Positions 28,494 to 38,616 of a stretch of 64,000 nucleotides of DNA are shown piece by piece. The notes beneath the pieces are model-generated. The model was not told the DNA's origin. It was given only the letters and a program-made list of their open reading frames with translations, and did not search any database. The DNA lies in the NCBI GenBank assembly GCA_044221885.1, contig JBGAOI010000001.1:6596-70595 (forward strand), in the 5' to 3' direction. The translations under genes were made by a program, and so were the position numbers. Positions within the stretch are counted from its first letter, which is position 1; the number at the start of each line of letters is the position of its first letter. This DNA comes from Polyangium sp. (GTDB lineage: Bacteria > Myxococcota_A > Polyangia > Polyangiales > Polyangiaceae).

Positions 28494-29522
28494 CTAAATC
28501 CCCCCATCCAAACCGGCGCGCGGCGAAGAAGACGAGTTTGGAGTTCCGACGCTTGGTTTGTCCGGAGAAGCGCCCAACGTTGTCGCATTGAGACACGCTC
28601 GGACGATCTTCGGCGACAATTCGACGGGATCGAGTACGGCGCTTGGATCGGCTTCGCGCCACAACCGACACGACGTCTCCGCCAAACCCTGGGCATCGAG
28701 CGCGACATACGCTTCCACGAGCTTTTGATGAATGAGCGCAATTTGCGGACGATTCAACGAACCACTCCCGAGCAAACGGTTTCCTCGCACCACAGCATCC
28801 ACGTACCGACCGTTGTACACATCGGCAGCAAGTGCCGGAAGTTCCGTGTCCGTTCGGCGTTGAGCGTCGCGGGCTTGACCCGAACCTTCCCCGCGCACGA
28901 GCGCACCAGCGATTGCCGCTTCTCGTTTACCTTCTGCAGTCAATTCGAGATCGACAATCGGAACCAGAACGAGTTCACCTCGCCGCAATGGTTGATTGCC
29001 GAGATGATTGTAGCGATGCAGCATCCACGCTTTGTCGCGATCACCAAGAAATCGATACGCGATCGTAAGAATCGAGTCTCCAGATGTTGCGATGTAGCGA
29101 AGATTGTAAGGAACGATGATCTCTTGACCTTCGGTTGGAGCGATCCACGACTTCGCACCGTTGGCAAACGCGAGCACATCGCTGCGATCGGGAGAGCCCA
29201 GCAAAAGATCAGCGAGTGAAGGCCACGTTTCTCCAGCACTTACCCGATGATGACCCACAGCCGGAATTTCAAGACGCATGCCGGGGGCAATGGCAATACC
29301 GCGACCATTGTCGAGACCATTGGCAGCGACGAGCAACTGTTCGGCTTCGACGCGCCCATAAACACGTTCGGCAATGCGGGCCAAGGTTTCATTGGAACGT
29401 ACGATGTGCGGAAATGCATCCGCTCCGCGCGGCATCCACATCGCGATCAGAGCAAACGTCGCCGCCGCCGCAAGGGCCCTGGTCCCGGTTGGGAAAGTAC
29501 GTCGAGATAAACCGCCACGCAT
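28494..29522 (-). CDS. Secreted protein with three LysM domains
   Basis: HIVRSNETLARIA, HRVSAGETWPSLA, YIATSGDSILTIA repeats. Confidence 0.85.
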   Translation of the reverse strand: MRGGLSRRTFPTGTRALAAAATFALIAMWMPRGADAFPHIVRSNETLARIAERVYGRVEAEQLLVAANGLDNGRGIAIAPGMRLEIPAVGHHRVSAGETWPSLADLLLGSPDRSDVLAFANGAKSWIAPTEGQEIIVPYNLRYIATSGDSILTIAYRFLGDRDKAWMLHRYNHLGNQPLRRGELVLVPIVDLELTAEGKREAAIAGALVRGEGSGQARDAQRRTDTELPALAADVYNGRYVDAVVRGNRLLGSGSLNRPQIALIHQKLVEAYVALDAQGLAETSCRLWREADPSAVLDPVELSPKIVRACLNATTLGASPDKPSVGTPNSSSSPRAGLDGGI

Positions 29523-29596
29523 GCGCCGGGCACGATACCAGATTCATCCCGTCGTTGCAGCTTTTGCTCAAGTAGATCTGCGATCTGCCGATCAAC

Positions 29597-30745
29597 TTGC
29601 CCACTTCCGAGGAGTCCGATACGCTGGCTTTTACGGATGCTGGAGTCGAGTATTCCGCGAGCATGGCCATGACGAACCAACGGCGTGACGACATCGCTAT
29701 GGATGAACGCTTGCCGGGAGAGGTCGAGCTCCAAAGCATTGGTTTGTCGTTTGCTCTCGACGCGGGAAAGAACTTGTCCCGCACGTGGCAACGAGAATTA
29801 CGAACCGAATCGGAAAGTCGTTTTCGAGCTGCGGTAACGCGGAACAGTTTGGAAATGACCTTCAGTCCGCCCATTTTGATCGATGCTCAGTGGCCAGCCA
29901 TGAACATGCAGCTCGGTCAAATATCGCGAGATTTTACAACGGGACAAACCACGGTTTTTCTCGGTGCAATCCACGGCGTCACGGAAGGACTCATCGATTT
30001 CTCGAGCGACGCGAAAAAAGAAATTCAAGCGCTCATCGTCGACGGCGTAACTGGCACGCCGATGGCCCACGTTGGATACAACCCCATGACGGATCGGCAG
30101 ATCATTTCAACGCTCGAATCCGTAACGAAGAATTTTCGACGCCAACCGAAACAAGGAACGACGGAAGTCGAATACGCGGATTTCGGACGAGTTCAAATCG
30201 ATATGATTCTCGCGATGAAAACCGACTTTCGCCACGTGGAAAAAAATGCGGGCCTCGAAGTTCGTCTTGGAACAACGATTGACGTGACGCTCAGCGGTCG
30301 CGGCAATATGGCCACCCTCATGGTAAAGCGGACAAACGCTGAACGAGCAGCGGCGGCACAAATTGATACGGTAACGATCAGCAGCGATGGCTTGATGGTC
30401 ATCGTGCATGGAAAAACAGTCGCCTATCTGGATCGTTTACGCATCGAACGAGGGGGCGCGGTGACGATAGAAAAACTGCGGCTCGAGGGCGTCCTTGGGG
30501 AAGCTGCCGGAATGGAATCCGTCATTCGGCGTGTCGCATCGGCTCTGCAATGGGTTTCGAGAGGCGCGTCGCTCGATTCGGGAATGACGATGGCGACGCA
30601 ATCGCCTGGCACCTTGCCTGCAATCGTTCCCGACGTGGTGCGTAATCAAATCGAGAAGACGTTGACGGAAGGCGTCAAGCAAATCCTTCGTACCCACCGA
30701 GCTGTGATTCCCGAGGTGGATCTCGAAGAAACATTTCTTTCGTGA
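29597..30745 (+). CDS. Hypothetical protein
   Basis: Long ORF filling the intergenic space with natural composition; start may be at 29662-29669. Confidence 0.6.
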   Translation: MPTSEESDTLAFTDAGVEYSASMAMTNQRRDDIAMDERLPGEVELQSIGLSFALDAGKNLSRTWQRELRTESESRFRAAVTRNSLEMTFSPPILIDAQWPAMNMQLGQISRDFTTGQTTVFLGAIHGVTEGLIDFSSDAKKEIQALIVDGVTGTPMAHVGYNPMTDRQIISTLESVTKNFRRQPKQGTTEVEYADFGRVQIDMILAMKTDFRHVEKNAGLEVRLGTTIDVTLSGRGNMATLMVKRTNAERAAAAQIDTVTISSDGLMVIVHGKTVAYLDRLRIERGGAVTIEKLRLEGVLGEAAGMESVIRRVASALQWVSRGASLDSGMTMATQSPGTLPAIVPDVVRNQIEKTLTEGVKQILRTHRAVIPEVDLEETFLS

Positions 30746-30811
30746 ATCAACGGGAACTTTTCACCCTTTATTTGACACTGACCCGCGATCCCAGCCACAC
30801 TACGGCCCGAA

Positions 30812-33800
30812 ATGTCCGCGAGCGCGTTGCCTGAAGCCGTTCGAAAACTGCTCGATCTGCCCGATCACGAGCGGCGCATTGGCACATTTCGGCTCGAACG
30901 GCAACTGGGCCGCGGAGGGTTTGCCCCTGTGTGGCTAGCCGAAGAGATGGCAGGCGCGACGAAGTTGCGGCTATCCGCAGTCAAACTCTTTGCGCTGACC
31001 GCAGACAGCGAACACGCGCGGCAAGCGATCATCGACGAAGCGGCAAGACTGTGCCGAGTCGAGCATCCGAACGTGGTGCGTTTTTATCAGTTGCCATTTG
31101 ACGAAACACGCGGCGTCATTGGCCTGGCGATGGAATACGTCGCCGGCGAAACGTTGGGCGAACGATTGCGCGACAAAGGTACGTTGACCATCAAAGAAGC
31201 CCTCGACGTCGGCATTGCCGTCGCCTCGGCACTCGTCGCCGTACACGGCGCGGGTCTTGTGCACCGCGATTTGTCTCCCGCCAATGTCGTCGTCGATGTG
31301 GCTCAGATTGGTTCGCCCGCAGCATACAAAATCATTGATTTCGGCATTTCTGCGGCGGAACCTCATAAAGATTCGCCTGCGCTATCGAATCAAAAACGCC
31401 CCAAAGAAAGCGATCCTCGATTTCGTTCGCCACTCGAAGCCATTGGCGGAAAACGCGGTTATGTCGATCCTGAATGTTGGCGTGATTTGGCACCTGCAAC
31501 GAGCGCAAGCGACTTGTATTCGTTGGGCGCGATGTTGTTCATATGCTTGTCCGGGCGTATTCCCGCCGCCGGTGAAGGAACCCTCGACGCGGATATTTTG
31601 CACGGACGGAGAAAAGCGCCGCGCCTTTCCGCAGTTGTTCAAGACATACCCGCGGCATTAACGGATTTGATTGCAGACCTGCTCGAGCCAAATCGGGACC
31701 ATCGCCCCCGTTCAGCGGAAGTCGTCGCGCTAGAACTCGAACGACTGCGTGGTGCGCTGACCGGCCGTAAACGCGCATTGCCTCCAGAAGACGACGGACC
31801 ATTTCGAGGCCTCGAGCGTTTTGAAATGGCGCATCGGGACGTCTTTTTCGGTCGACGCGTCGAAGTCGCCGGAGCGCTGGAAGTATTGCGTATGCGCGGT
31901 CTGGTTGCTTTGCTCGGACCGAGCGGCAGTGGAAAATCGAGTATGGCGCGCGCAGGTATTTTGCCCGCGATTGCCGACGGAGCCTTGGGCGGGCCAAAAC
32001 AATGGGATACATTGGTCGTTTCTCCTGGAATGGACCCTCGGCGCGTTTTGACGACGGCGCTTTTCCATATGGGTATCGAGCCGGATTGGCCGGCGGATCA
32101 AGCTGCTACCCGGATCGAATCGTGGCTTGCGGACAATCGTCGCGGATTGGTTCTTCTTGTCGATCAATTGGAAGAAATCGCCACATTGGCCCAGGGTTCG
32201 TCCGGGACGAGCCAAACCTGGACGCTCGATTTTCTTGCCCGTCTGGGTGAACGCCCCTTCCCTGGCTTGCGTGTCGTCGTCACGGCCCGTCGGGATTTGC
32301 TCGATCCAATTTTGGCCCACGAAGCCATGGGGCGCGTTCTCACGCGTGGCGCCGTTTTGGTGTCTCCCTTGGGTTCGACCGCATGGGGTGAAGTCATTGA
32401 TGCGGCGATCGAGAGTTATGGTTATTCTTTTGAAACGCCGAGTTTACGCATTCAATTGCTCGATGCTTTGGAGTCCACCGCCGGCTCGATGCCGCTCGTT
32501 GAATTCGCATTGCGTGAATTATGGCAATCACGAGACCGCGAGCAAAAGAAAATCACAGCCGAAGGATTGCGAGCCCTCGAAGGTTTTTCCGGGGCGCTCT
32601 CTAAACACGCCAATGATACGTATGATCGTGCGGTGCAAGAAGCAGGTACGGATCGTGTCGTCGAACGAGTACTTCTCGCATTGACGACGCCCGCCGGCGC
32701 GCGAATGACTCGCCCGACGAAAGAATTGATACAAGAAGTCGGTCCAGCCGCCAATGCAGTCATTCGTGTATTTGCGGATGTCCGATTGCTCCTGCGGGAA
32801 ATCGAACGCCGCAAAGATGGCGAAGTCGAACTCATCACATTGGCCCATGAAGCTTTGCTCGTGCATTGGGAGCGCCTTCGCGCGTGGGTAGCCGCTGAAC
32901 GAGAAGCACGATTGATCCTGGCGGATTTCGAGGAAGCGGCAAAACGTTGGCATGAAAATCCCGATCCTGATTTTCTATGGCGTCCACGTCGTTTGCTCGT
33001 GTTGGACGAAGTTCTGAAGCAGCGCGCCATTCGTCTCGAAGGCCCGGCCAAGAAGTTTTTCCAGACAAGTATGTCGGTCGCGTGGCGCAATCGTATCATT
33101 GCAACGGTCGTGTTGGTCTTGGTCGCGATTGCGGGAATCGTCGCCTGGACGATGTACGTCGATCTGGAAGCAAAACGCGCCATTGCCGAAGCAGAAAAAG
33201 CGGACGCCAATGCGCACCTTGCACTTGTTGAAGCGCAAAAGGCCAAAGCTCAAGCCGATGCCGAACGCGCAACGGCATTACAACGAGCTGCCGAAGCGCG
33301 TGAAGCCGAAACCAAGGCTGCGCTGGCTGCGTTCAAAATCGTCAAACAGGCGCTGGCATCGAAATATACGGTGGCCGAAGGTCCAAGCGAACAAACAAAT
33401 TCTCTAGATCCTTCGGTTGTACGAGATATTGACGAATACCTTTTGCAGCGTGAACGAGAACGAACACCCGTTCCTCCGCAACTCGAAGAAATCTTGAGCG
33501 AAGTGGACAAAGTGCCTGATTCCGCGATTGCATCGAATGAGATTCATAATGGAACTGGCGGTATCAATGTGCCCACGACGCCCAACGATGGACCGGTAGC
33601 TGCGGCGATGGTGCGGGGCCAAGCGTATGCGCGATTGAATGATGCAAAAGCCACAGCGGCGGCATGTGGACGCAAAGACGATCCCAATGCGCCCCGAGGC
33701 AGTGGCAAGGTGGCCTTGGTGATCGAAAAGACGGGACAGGTTTCGTCCGTTGCGCTCGATGCCAGGTTTGTCGGAACGAATGTGGGCGCTTGCGTCGACA

Positions 33801-33877
33801 AAGCGTTCCGACAGATCTCGGTGCAGCCCTTCGACGGCAAACCCGTGACCGTGCTCTGGTCGTTTTCGGTGCAATGA
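30812..33877 (+). CDS. Ser/Thr kinase fused to nSTAND1-type NTPase, TM helix, coiled coil and C-terminal extracytoplasmic domain
   Basis: GRGGFAPV, HRDLSPAN, DFG; PFRGL..F...FFGR, GPSGSGKSS, LVDQLEE, HEALL.HW.RL. Confidence 0.88.
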   Translation: MSASALPEAVRKLLDLPDHERRIGTFRLERQLGRGGFAPVWLAEEMAGATKLRLSAVKLFALTADSEHARQAIIDEAARLCRVEHPNVVRFYQLPFDETRGVIGLAMEYVAGETLGERLRDKGTLTIKEALDVGIAVASALVAVHGAGLVHRDLSPANVVVDVAQIGSPAAYKIIDFGISAAEPHKDSPALSNQKRPKESDPRFRSPLEAIGGKRGYVDPECWRDLAPATSASDLYSLGAMLFICLSGRIPAAGEGTLDADILHGRRKAPRLSAVVQDIPAALTDLIADLLEPNRDHRPRSAEVVALELERLRGALTGRKRALPPEDDGPFRGLERFEMAHRDVFFGRRVEVAGALEVLRMRGLVALLGPSGSGKSSMARAGILPAIADGALGGPKQWDTLVVSPGMDPRRVLTTALFHMGIEPDWPADQAATRIESWLADNRRGLVLLVDQLEEIATLAQGSSGTSQTWTLDFLARLGERPFPGLRVVVTARRDLLDPILAHEAMGRVLTRGAVLVSPLGSTAWGEVIDAAIESYGYSFETPSLRIQLLDALESTAGSMPLVEFALRELWQSRDREQKKITAEGLRALEGFSGALSKHANDTYDRAVQEAGTDRVVERVLLALTTPAGARMTRPTKELIQEVGPAANAVIRVFADVRLLLREIERRKDGEVELITLAHEALLVHWERLRAWVAAEREARLILADFEEAAKRWHENPDPDFLWRPRRLLVLDEVLKQRAIRLEGPAKKFFQTSMSVAWRNRIIATVVLVLVAIAGIVAWTMYVDLEAKRAIAEAEKADANAHLALVEAQKAKAQADAERATALQRAAEAREAETKAALAAFKIVKQALASKYTVAEGPSEQTNSLDPSVVRDIDEYLLQRERERTPVPPQLEEILSEVDKVPDSAIASNEIHNGTGGINVPTTPNDGPVAAAMVRGQAYARLNDAKATAAACGRKDDPNAPRGSGKVALVIEKTGQVSSVALDARFVGTNVGACVDKAFRQISVQPFDGKPVTVLWSFSVQ

Positions 33878-34486
33878 TCAGCCAAACCTTTTTCGTTTCC
33901 GAGGCCAGGCTTCCTTGGCATTTGCACGGGCCTCTCGCTCCTCACGTCGTATACGCTTGATGCGCTCACGCTCCGCAGCCTCCATTGCCGCTTGTTCCGC
34001 TTCGCGAGCCAGTTGTACTTCGGAGACGAATGTTATCCGCGTTTCAGCGGTTTCTGCGGCGAGACCTCGGAGAAAACCCACTGCCAACACGGCGAATACA
34101 CCGACAAACGCGAGCACACCGCCAACGATCGCATTGGGTCGATCGTACATGGCCAATGCAATGACGGCGATGGCAATCATTGCGGTGATTCCCTGAAATA
34201 AACGTGTCAATCGCTGAAAATGAGCCCACGACATGGGGTCACGGCGGCGGCATTGGGGGCACACGACCAACCCGAGTATGCGCTCGCCGTCGACCGCTGC
34301 TTTGGCATGAGCCTCCTCTTCCACGTAACTCGTGTCCGTAAACCCCGAGCCTCGGGCAACGCCTAAACCGATTGCTCGCATCACTCCGGTAAAGCCACAC
34401 CATTTGCAGCAAAACGGCGCACGCACCTCACGTCGGGCAGCGATATCCCGCGTCGGCACGAGCCCAACCAAATCGATGATGTCCAT
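33878..34486 (-). CDS. Zn-ribbon membrane protein (hypothetical)
   Basis: CKWC...CPQC, two TM helices, charged tail. Confidence 0.55.
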   Translation of the reverse strand: MDIIDLVGLVPTRDIAARREVRAPFCCKWCGFTGVMRAIGLGVARGSGFTDTSYVEEEAHAKAAVDGERILGLVVCPQCRRRDPMSWAHFQRLTRLFQGITAMIAIAVIALAMYDRPNAIVGGVLAFVGVFAVLAVGFLRGLAAETAETRITFVSEVQLAREAEQAAMEAAERERIKRIRREEREARANAKEAWPRKRKRFG

Positions 34487-34555
34487 CGTGCGCTTCCTTG
34501 TCGTGGGGAAGGAGTGACAACGATACACCGCAACCGGCCGGTGCGTCCACGTACG

Positions 34556-35005
34556 TCAAAACAAACGTTTTGAGTCCAAAAGAATCGTCACGGGTCCGTC
34601 GTTCTCGACAAACACCCGCATGTCCGCGCGAAACTTCCCCGTCTCCACATGCGCCCCGGCAGCTCGACACGCAGCAACGAATTCGTTGTACGTCGCCTCC
34701 GCCGTCATCGGTTCCATCGCTCCGTCAAAGCTTGGACGAAGACCTCGACGCACGTCACCGAACACCGTGAACTGACTGATCACGAGCAGCGATCCACCTG
34801 CTTCCGCAAGCGCTTTGGTCATGCGCCCGCGTTCGTCTGGAAATACGCGCAGGTTGACGACCTTGTTGACCATGTACTCGAGGTCGGTTCGTTCATCGTT
34901 CTCTGCAGCCCCGACAAACACCACGAGGCCGCGATCGATCCGGCCGATGACTTCACCCTCAACTTCGACACGCGCGGAGAGCGCGCGCTGCACGACCGCG
35001 CGCAT
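34556..35005 (-). CDS. dtd: D-aminoacyl-tRNA deacylase
   Basis: MRAVVQR, SQFT, RPSF, NDGPVT. Confidence 0.97.
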   Translation of the reverse strand: MRAVVQRALSARVEVEGEVIGRIDRGLVVFVGAAENDERTDLEYMVNKVVNLRVFPDERGRMTKALAEAGGSLLVISQFTVFGDVRRGLRPSFDGAMEPMTAEATYNEFVAACRAAGAHVETGKFRADMRVFVENDGPVTILLDSKRLF

Positions 35006-35011
35006 GATGCG

Positions 35012-35428
35012 TCAACCGAGCCCGAGCTCACGCGCGAGTTGGTTCGTGAGCTTGAAGTACGTGCTGCGATCGTAGGGCTTGTTGAGGATGTGAAAGTCCT
35101 TCTTGTTGAGTCCTACGCATCCAAAACAATACGTGCAGTCGGTGCAGTCGGATGATTTGTACACATACGAACAGCCGGTGCAGCGTTCGCTCGCGACGCA
35201 GTGGTTGCAACGCACGAGGTCTCGGCTCGTGCGGCAGTGGGTGCTGTCGGCGCAACGTTGCGAATCGACGCAGTAGTGGCATCGAGACAAACCCTTCGAG
35301 TTCTTGCAGAAGGTGCAGTCGATGCAGCGTTCGCATCCGACGCATTGCACGCATCGTTCGTTCTCGGTTCGGGTTTCCGCGGATTGGATGAGCTTGCGAA
35401 GTTCTGCTTCGAACTCGGTTTTGTTCAT
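35012..35428 (-). CDS. Small Cys-rich repeat protein (CxxCxxC solenoid)
   Basis: Dense CxxC repeats ending in CFGCVGL..K.FHILN..Y. Confidence 0.75.
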   Translation of the reverse strand: MNKTEFEAELRKLIQSAETRTENERCVQCVGCERCIDCTFCKNSKGLSRCHYCVDSQRCADSTHCRTSRDLVRCNHCVASERCTGCSYVYKSSDCTDCTYCFGCVGLNKKDFHILNKPYDRSTYFKLTNQLARELGLG

Positions 35429-36042
35429 GAGATCGGTTGGTTTGTCGTATCAGACCGTCCGCTCACTTTGCGACGCAATTGAGCAGCGGCTTCTCGGGTT
35501 GATTGTTCCTCGGCGAACTCTTCGATGCGCCGCAAACGGGACTCGAGCACCGCACGACGCTTGGGCAAGTCGCCGGCGAGCATGAGGGCCGCGAGAGCGC
35601 TGCGCACGACGGATTCGTCGCTGTGTTCGAGCAACTTCAACTGAACGTCTTGATCTTCGGGGAAGGTAAAACCCGCGCCAAGGAAATCATTCGCGACTTT
35701 GGTGATCTGTGGCCGACCTTCGGCTGCGAGCAGTTTGTCGAGGAGCCGTTGTCGTTCGAGGTCGCGAGGGTCGACGTTGCGTGGGGAAGGAGTCGCGACG
35801 ACACGATTGGGTTTCGGCGTCGTTTCCTGCTTGTTTTTGTTGTTTGTCCCGGAACTCGAGTCGGCGCTTGGCTTGGGAGCGAAGAGCGCTTCGAGAGCTG
35901 CGCGGTGATGTTTGTCCGCGCGTGTTTGTTCGCTTTTGGCTTCGTTCCGAGGCGAACTTCCATTTTTCGGACTGCGCGTTAACGGCGCGATTTCCGGGTT
36001 GTGCCAGACCTTCGTCTCGTCTTTTCGTATCCGCCGCATCAC
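35425..36042 (-). CDS. Hypothetical helical protein
   Basis: Stop overlaps the next start (ATGA); helical C-terminal domain. Confidence 0.6.
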   Translation of the reverse strand: MMRRIRKDETKVWHNPEIAPLTRSPKNGSSPRNEAKSEQTRADKHHRAALEALFAPKPSADSSSGTNNKNKQETTPKPNRVVATPSPRNVDPRDLERQRLLDKLLAAEGRPQITKVANDFLGAGFTFPEDQDVQLKLLEHSDESVVRSALAALMLAGDLPKRRAVLESRLRRIEEFAEEQSTREAAAQLRRKVSGRSDTTNQPIS

Positions 36043-36429
36043 TACGTTCGTCCTTGCTGCTTTCGTGAAACGCGACGGCTCGTTGCGTGCAGACCGTCGT
36101 CAGGAGGCAGGTCGAGGCAAGATGTGCTCCGCGCGTCAGTTACGCGGTCGCTGCTCTCGGAGGAGGCATTGTTTGTCGGGTGATGATCTCGAGCGCTCTC
36201 GCGATTCGTGCAGGACGTGCACGTTTGCAGATGCAACGCGTGTGCGTCGAGAATCCCTCCTGTATCACACCGATCCATGAACGCCGCAGAAAATTAGGCC
36301 CATCTCCCTGGCTCGTGAAATAAGGCGAAATGAAGGCTCGCAGAACGTCTTCGTCGAGACGTGAAGCGGTGGGTGGATCACCCCGGCGCGGAGTCGGCCG
36401 CGCGGTGTTTCTGCTCCTGGAGGCTCGTC

Positions 36430-37863
36430 ATGGTCAGGGGTCGTAACAATCGAATCACGCGGACAGTGGGACTTGCACTCGCGGCGCTTTTCACGCTCGC
36501 CGCACCGCTCGCATCGAGCGAAGTGCAAGCTGCCGAATCGACGGCGAAGGCGGATACCGCCCAGGCCGAGAGGGCGCCGGAAAAGGCGGCCAAAGCGTCG
36601 CCAAAAAAGGCCAAGAAGCGCGGAAAGACGGCGAAACACGACGCCAAGTCGACTCACGCCAAGAAGTCGGCAACGCCGGCGAAAAGCGTGGAGACCACAA
36701 CGGTGTCCACAACGCACGCGGGTGATGCCGCTGTTGTTCATGCCAAACATGCGCCGTCCAAGACAAACGCGGCGACGGTGAAGACGTCTACAGCGACGTC
36801 CAAGAAGGCACCAACGACGGCTACGAAGAAAGACAAACCCCACGCGACCCACAAGGCACCCAAGGCAGCAGCGGAAACGACCTCGTCGACTCATGCCGCA
36901 ACGACGTCGAAGCGCGCTTCGACTCGTACGCCGGGAGCCAAACGCAAGACGGGGAAGAAGCCCGACGGCGATTCTGAACGTCCACCTTGCCAGCCGACGT
37001 CCATCTCGATCGATCGGAACGGTTTGGAGAACGAAACGTTTGCCCTTCTCGATTGCAAAGGCAAACCGCTCGATGCTGCCCGCGAGAAACTGAGCGTTCT
37101 GGCTCGGCCGTGGGGCACGCCGCGCCCGGTCATCGAGCCGCCGAAGAAGGTCAAGAAGCCGAGCAAACGCGCGGGTGGTAAGGACAAACCTGGTGACGCT
37201 GTCGCGGACAATGGCGAAATCGCACCCAACGTGCGGCTGCTCGATCCGGGTCTGCTCACGCGCATCGATACGATCTCGAAGCACTTCCCGGGCAAACACA
37301 TCTCGGTCGTGAGCGGTTACCGCCCACGCAGTCGAGGTAGTTTGCATCAGAGTGCACGAGCGATCGATTTGCGGGTGACGGGCGCGAGCAACGAAGAGGT
37401 CGTCGCGTTTTGCAAAACGATCACGGACACCGGCTGCGGCTACTACCCGAACAGCTCGTTTGTCCACGTCGATGTTCGTGCTCCGGGAACGGGTTCGGTG
37501 ACATGGATCGATGCATCGGGTCCGGGCGAAGCACCTCGTTATGTCGCCGCGTGGCCTCCGCCACCTGAGCAAAAAGCGCCCGACGCTGACGTGCATGACG
37601 GAGCAACACCCGAAGGAATCGAAGACGAAGTGATGCGTGAAGCGACACGCCCAGCATCGAGTACGTCTGGAACAACCTCCACGTCGACGACGGTGCCCGC
37701 AATGGAAACGACACCGAAGGTGACGAAAGAGGCGGATCCGAAAGACCCCGTGCGTGGTACCTCGCCAAACCCTGGCCCTGCCAAACCCGACGCGACACCG
37801 AAGGAACCGGCCGCGTCACCCGCCACTCGCACTGCCGCACCTGCGGCAGCTCGCGCCAACTGA
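36430..37863 (+). CDS. Secreted DUF882/YcbK (peptidase M15-like) protein with Lys/Ala/Thr-rich linker
   Basis: Signal peptide; VVSGYR...SLHQSARAIDL...GCGYYPNSSFVHVDVR. Confidence 0.82.
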   Translation: MVRGRNNRITRTVGLALAALFTLAAPLASSEVQAAESTAKADTAQAERAPEKAAKASPKKAKKRGKTAKHDAKSTHAKKSATPAKSVETTTVSTTHAGDAAVVHAKHAPSKTNAATVKTSTATSKKAPTTATKKDKPHATHKAPKAAAETTSSTHAATTSKRASTRTPGAKRKTGKKPDGDSERPPCQPTSISIDRNGLENETFALLDCKGKPLDAAREKLSVLARPWGTPRPVIEPPKKVKKPSKRAGGKDKPGDAVADNGEIAPNVRLLDPGLLTRIDTISKHFPGKHISVVSGYRPRSRGSLHQSARAIDLRVTGASNEEVVAFCKTITDTGCGYYPNSSFVHVDVRAPGTGSVTWIDASGPGEAPRYVAAWPPPPEQKAPDADVHDGATPEGIEDEVMREATRPASSTSGTTSTSTTVPAMETTPKVTKEADPKDPVRGTSPNPGPAKPDATPKEPAASPATRTAAPAAARAN

Positions 37864-37886
37864 AACCATCAAGCATCAACGCCCAT

Positions 37887-37914
37887 GAGGAGGCGGGATT
37901 GTCCCGCTCTCCTC
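37887..37914. terminator. Hairpin between convergent genes
   Basis: GAGGAGGCGGGA-TTG-TCCCGC(T)CTCCTC. Confidence 0.5.
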
Positions 37915-37928
37915 GACGTCGTTTGACG

Positions 37929-38477
37929 TCACGCAGCTTGAGTCAGCGCGGCGAGAGCCTCGTCGTACGCTGCGATCAATGCATGATGGGGCAAGGCGCG
38001 TAGCCGTTCCTGCAATTGCGTAAAGCGCCACATTTGCAATTCTCGCCCGCGCTTGAACATTGCCCAGGGATCGCCATGGCATTGTTTGCAAACAATGATC
38101 GATTGAAAGTTATCGATTTTGTCAGCAATGGTAATTGCTTGCGCTTCCCATGGGTTTTTCGAGAATTGTTCGAGATACCGCTGCTTGCGTTCTTCCCACG
38201 GTAACGATTTATCTGTTTCACTGACGGCTGTGACGAGACTCGCTACGCGTTCACCGAAGAGCCCGGCGATTTCATGCGCGGTGACTCCGCAATCTTCAAT
38301 AGAATCGTGTAATGCGCCGGCAGCCACGACTTCATCGTCAAATCCATGACGCGCCAATTGAATGGAGACCCCTGCGAGGTGACTCATGTAGGGCACGTCG
38401 ACACCGGGATATTTTCGTTTTTGGTCACGATGCCACACGGCAGCTTGATCAAGGGCGCGTTTGAGAAGAGGAACCAT
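37929..38477 (-). CDS. HD-domain small alarmone hydrolase-like (Mesh1/SpoT-HD) protein
   Basis: H..QKRK...PYMSHL, LHDSIED, ADKIDN. Confidence 0.85.
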   Translation of the reverse strand: MVPLLKRALDQAAVWHRDQKRKYPGVDVPYMSHLAGVSIQLARHGFDDEVVAAGALHDSIEDCGVTAHEIAGLFGERVASLVTAVSETDKSLPWEERKQRYLEQFSKNPWEAQAITIADKIDNFQSIIVCKQCHGDPWAMFKRGRELQMWRFTQLQERLRALPHHALIAAYDEALAALTQAA

Positions 38478-38616
38478 GTGTCAAAGGCTAAACGAATTTG
38501 CTCATTCGTACAAGGGAGAGAAAACAGCAATCACCAATTCGTGAAAACAATTTCATGACGTTCGCATTTTCCCTTTGCAGATCAAGTATCTATGCGCTAA
38601 AACCGACCGCAATTCC

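Noticed and set aside
36265-37596. 443-aa minus-strand ORF
   Set aside because: Antisense shadow of the DUF882/M15 gene; Arg-rich with no motifs.
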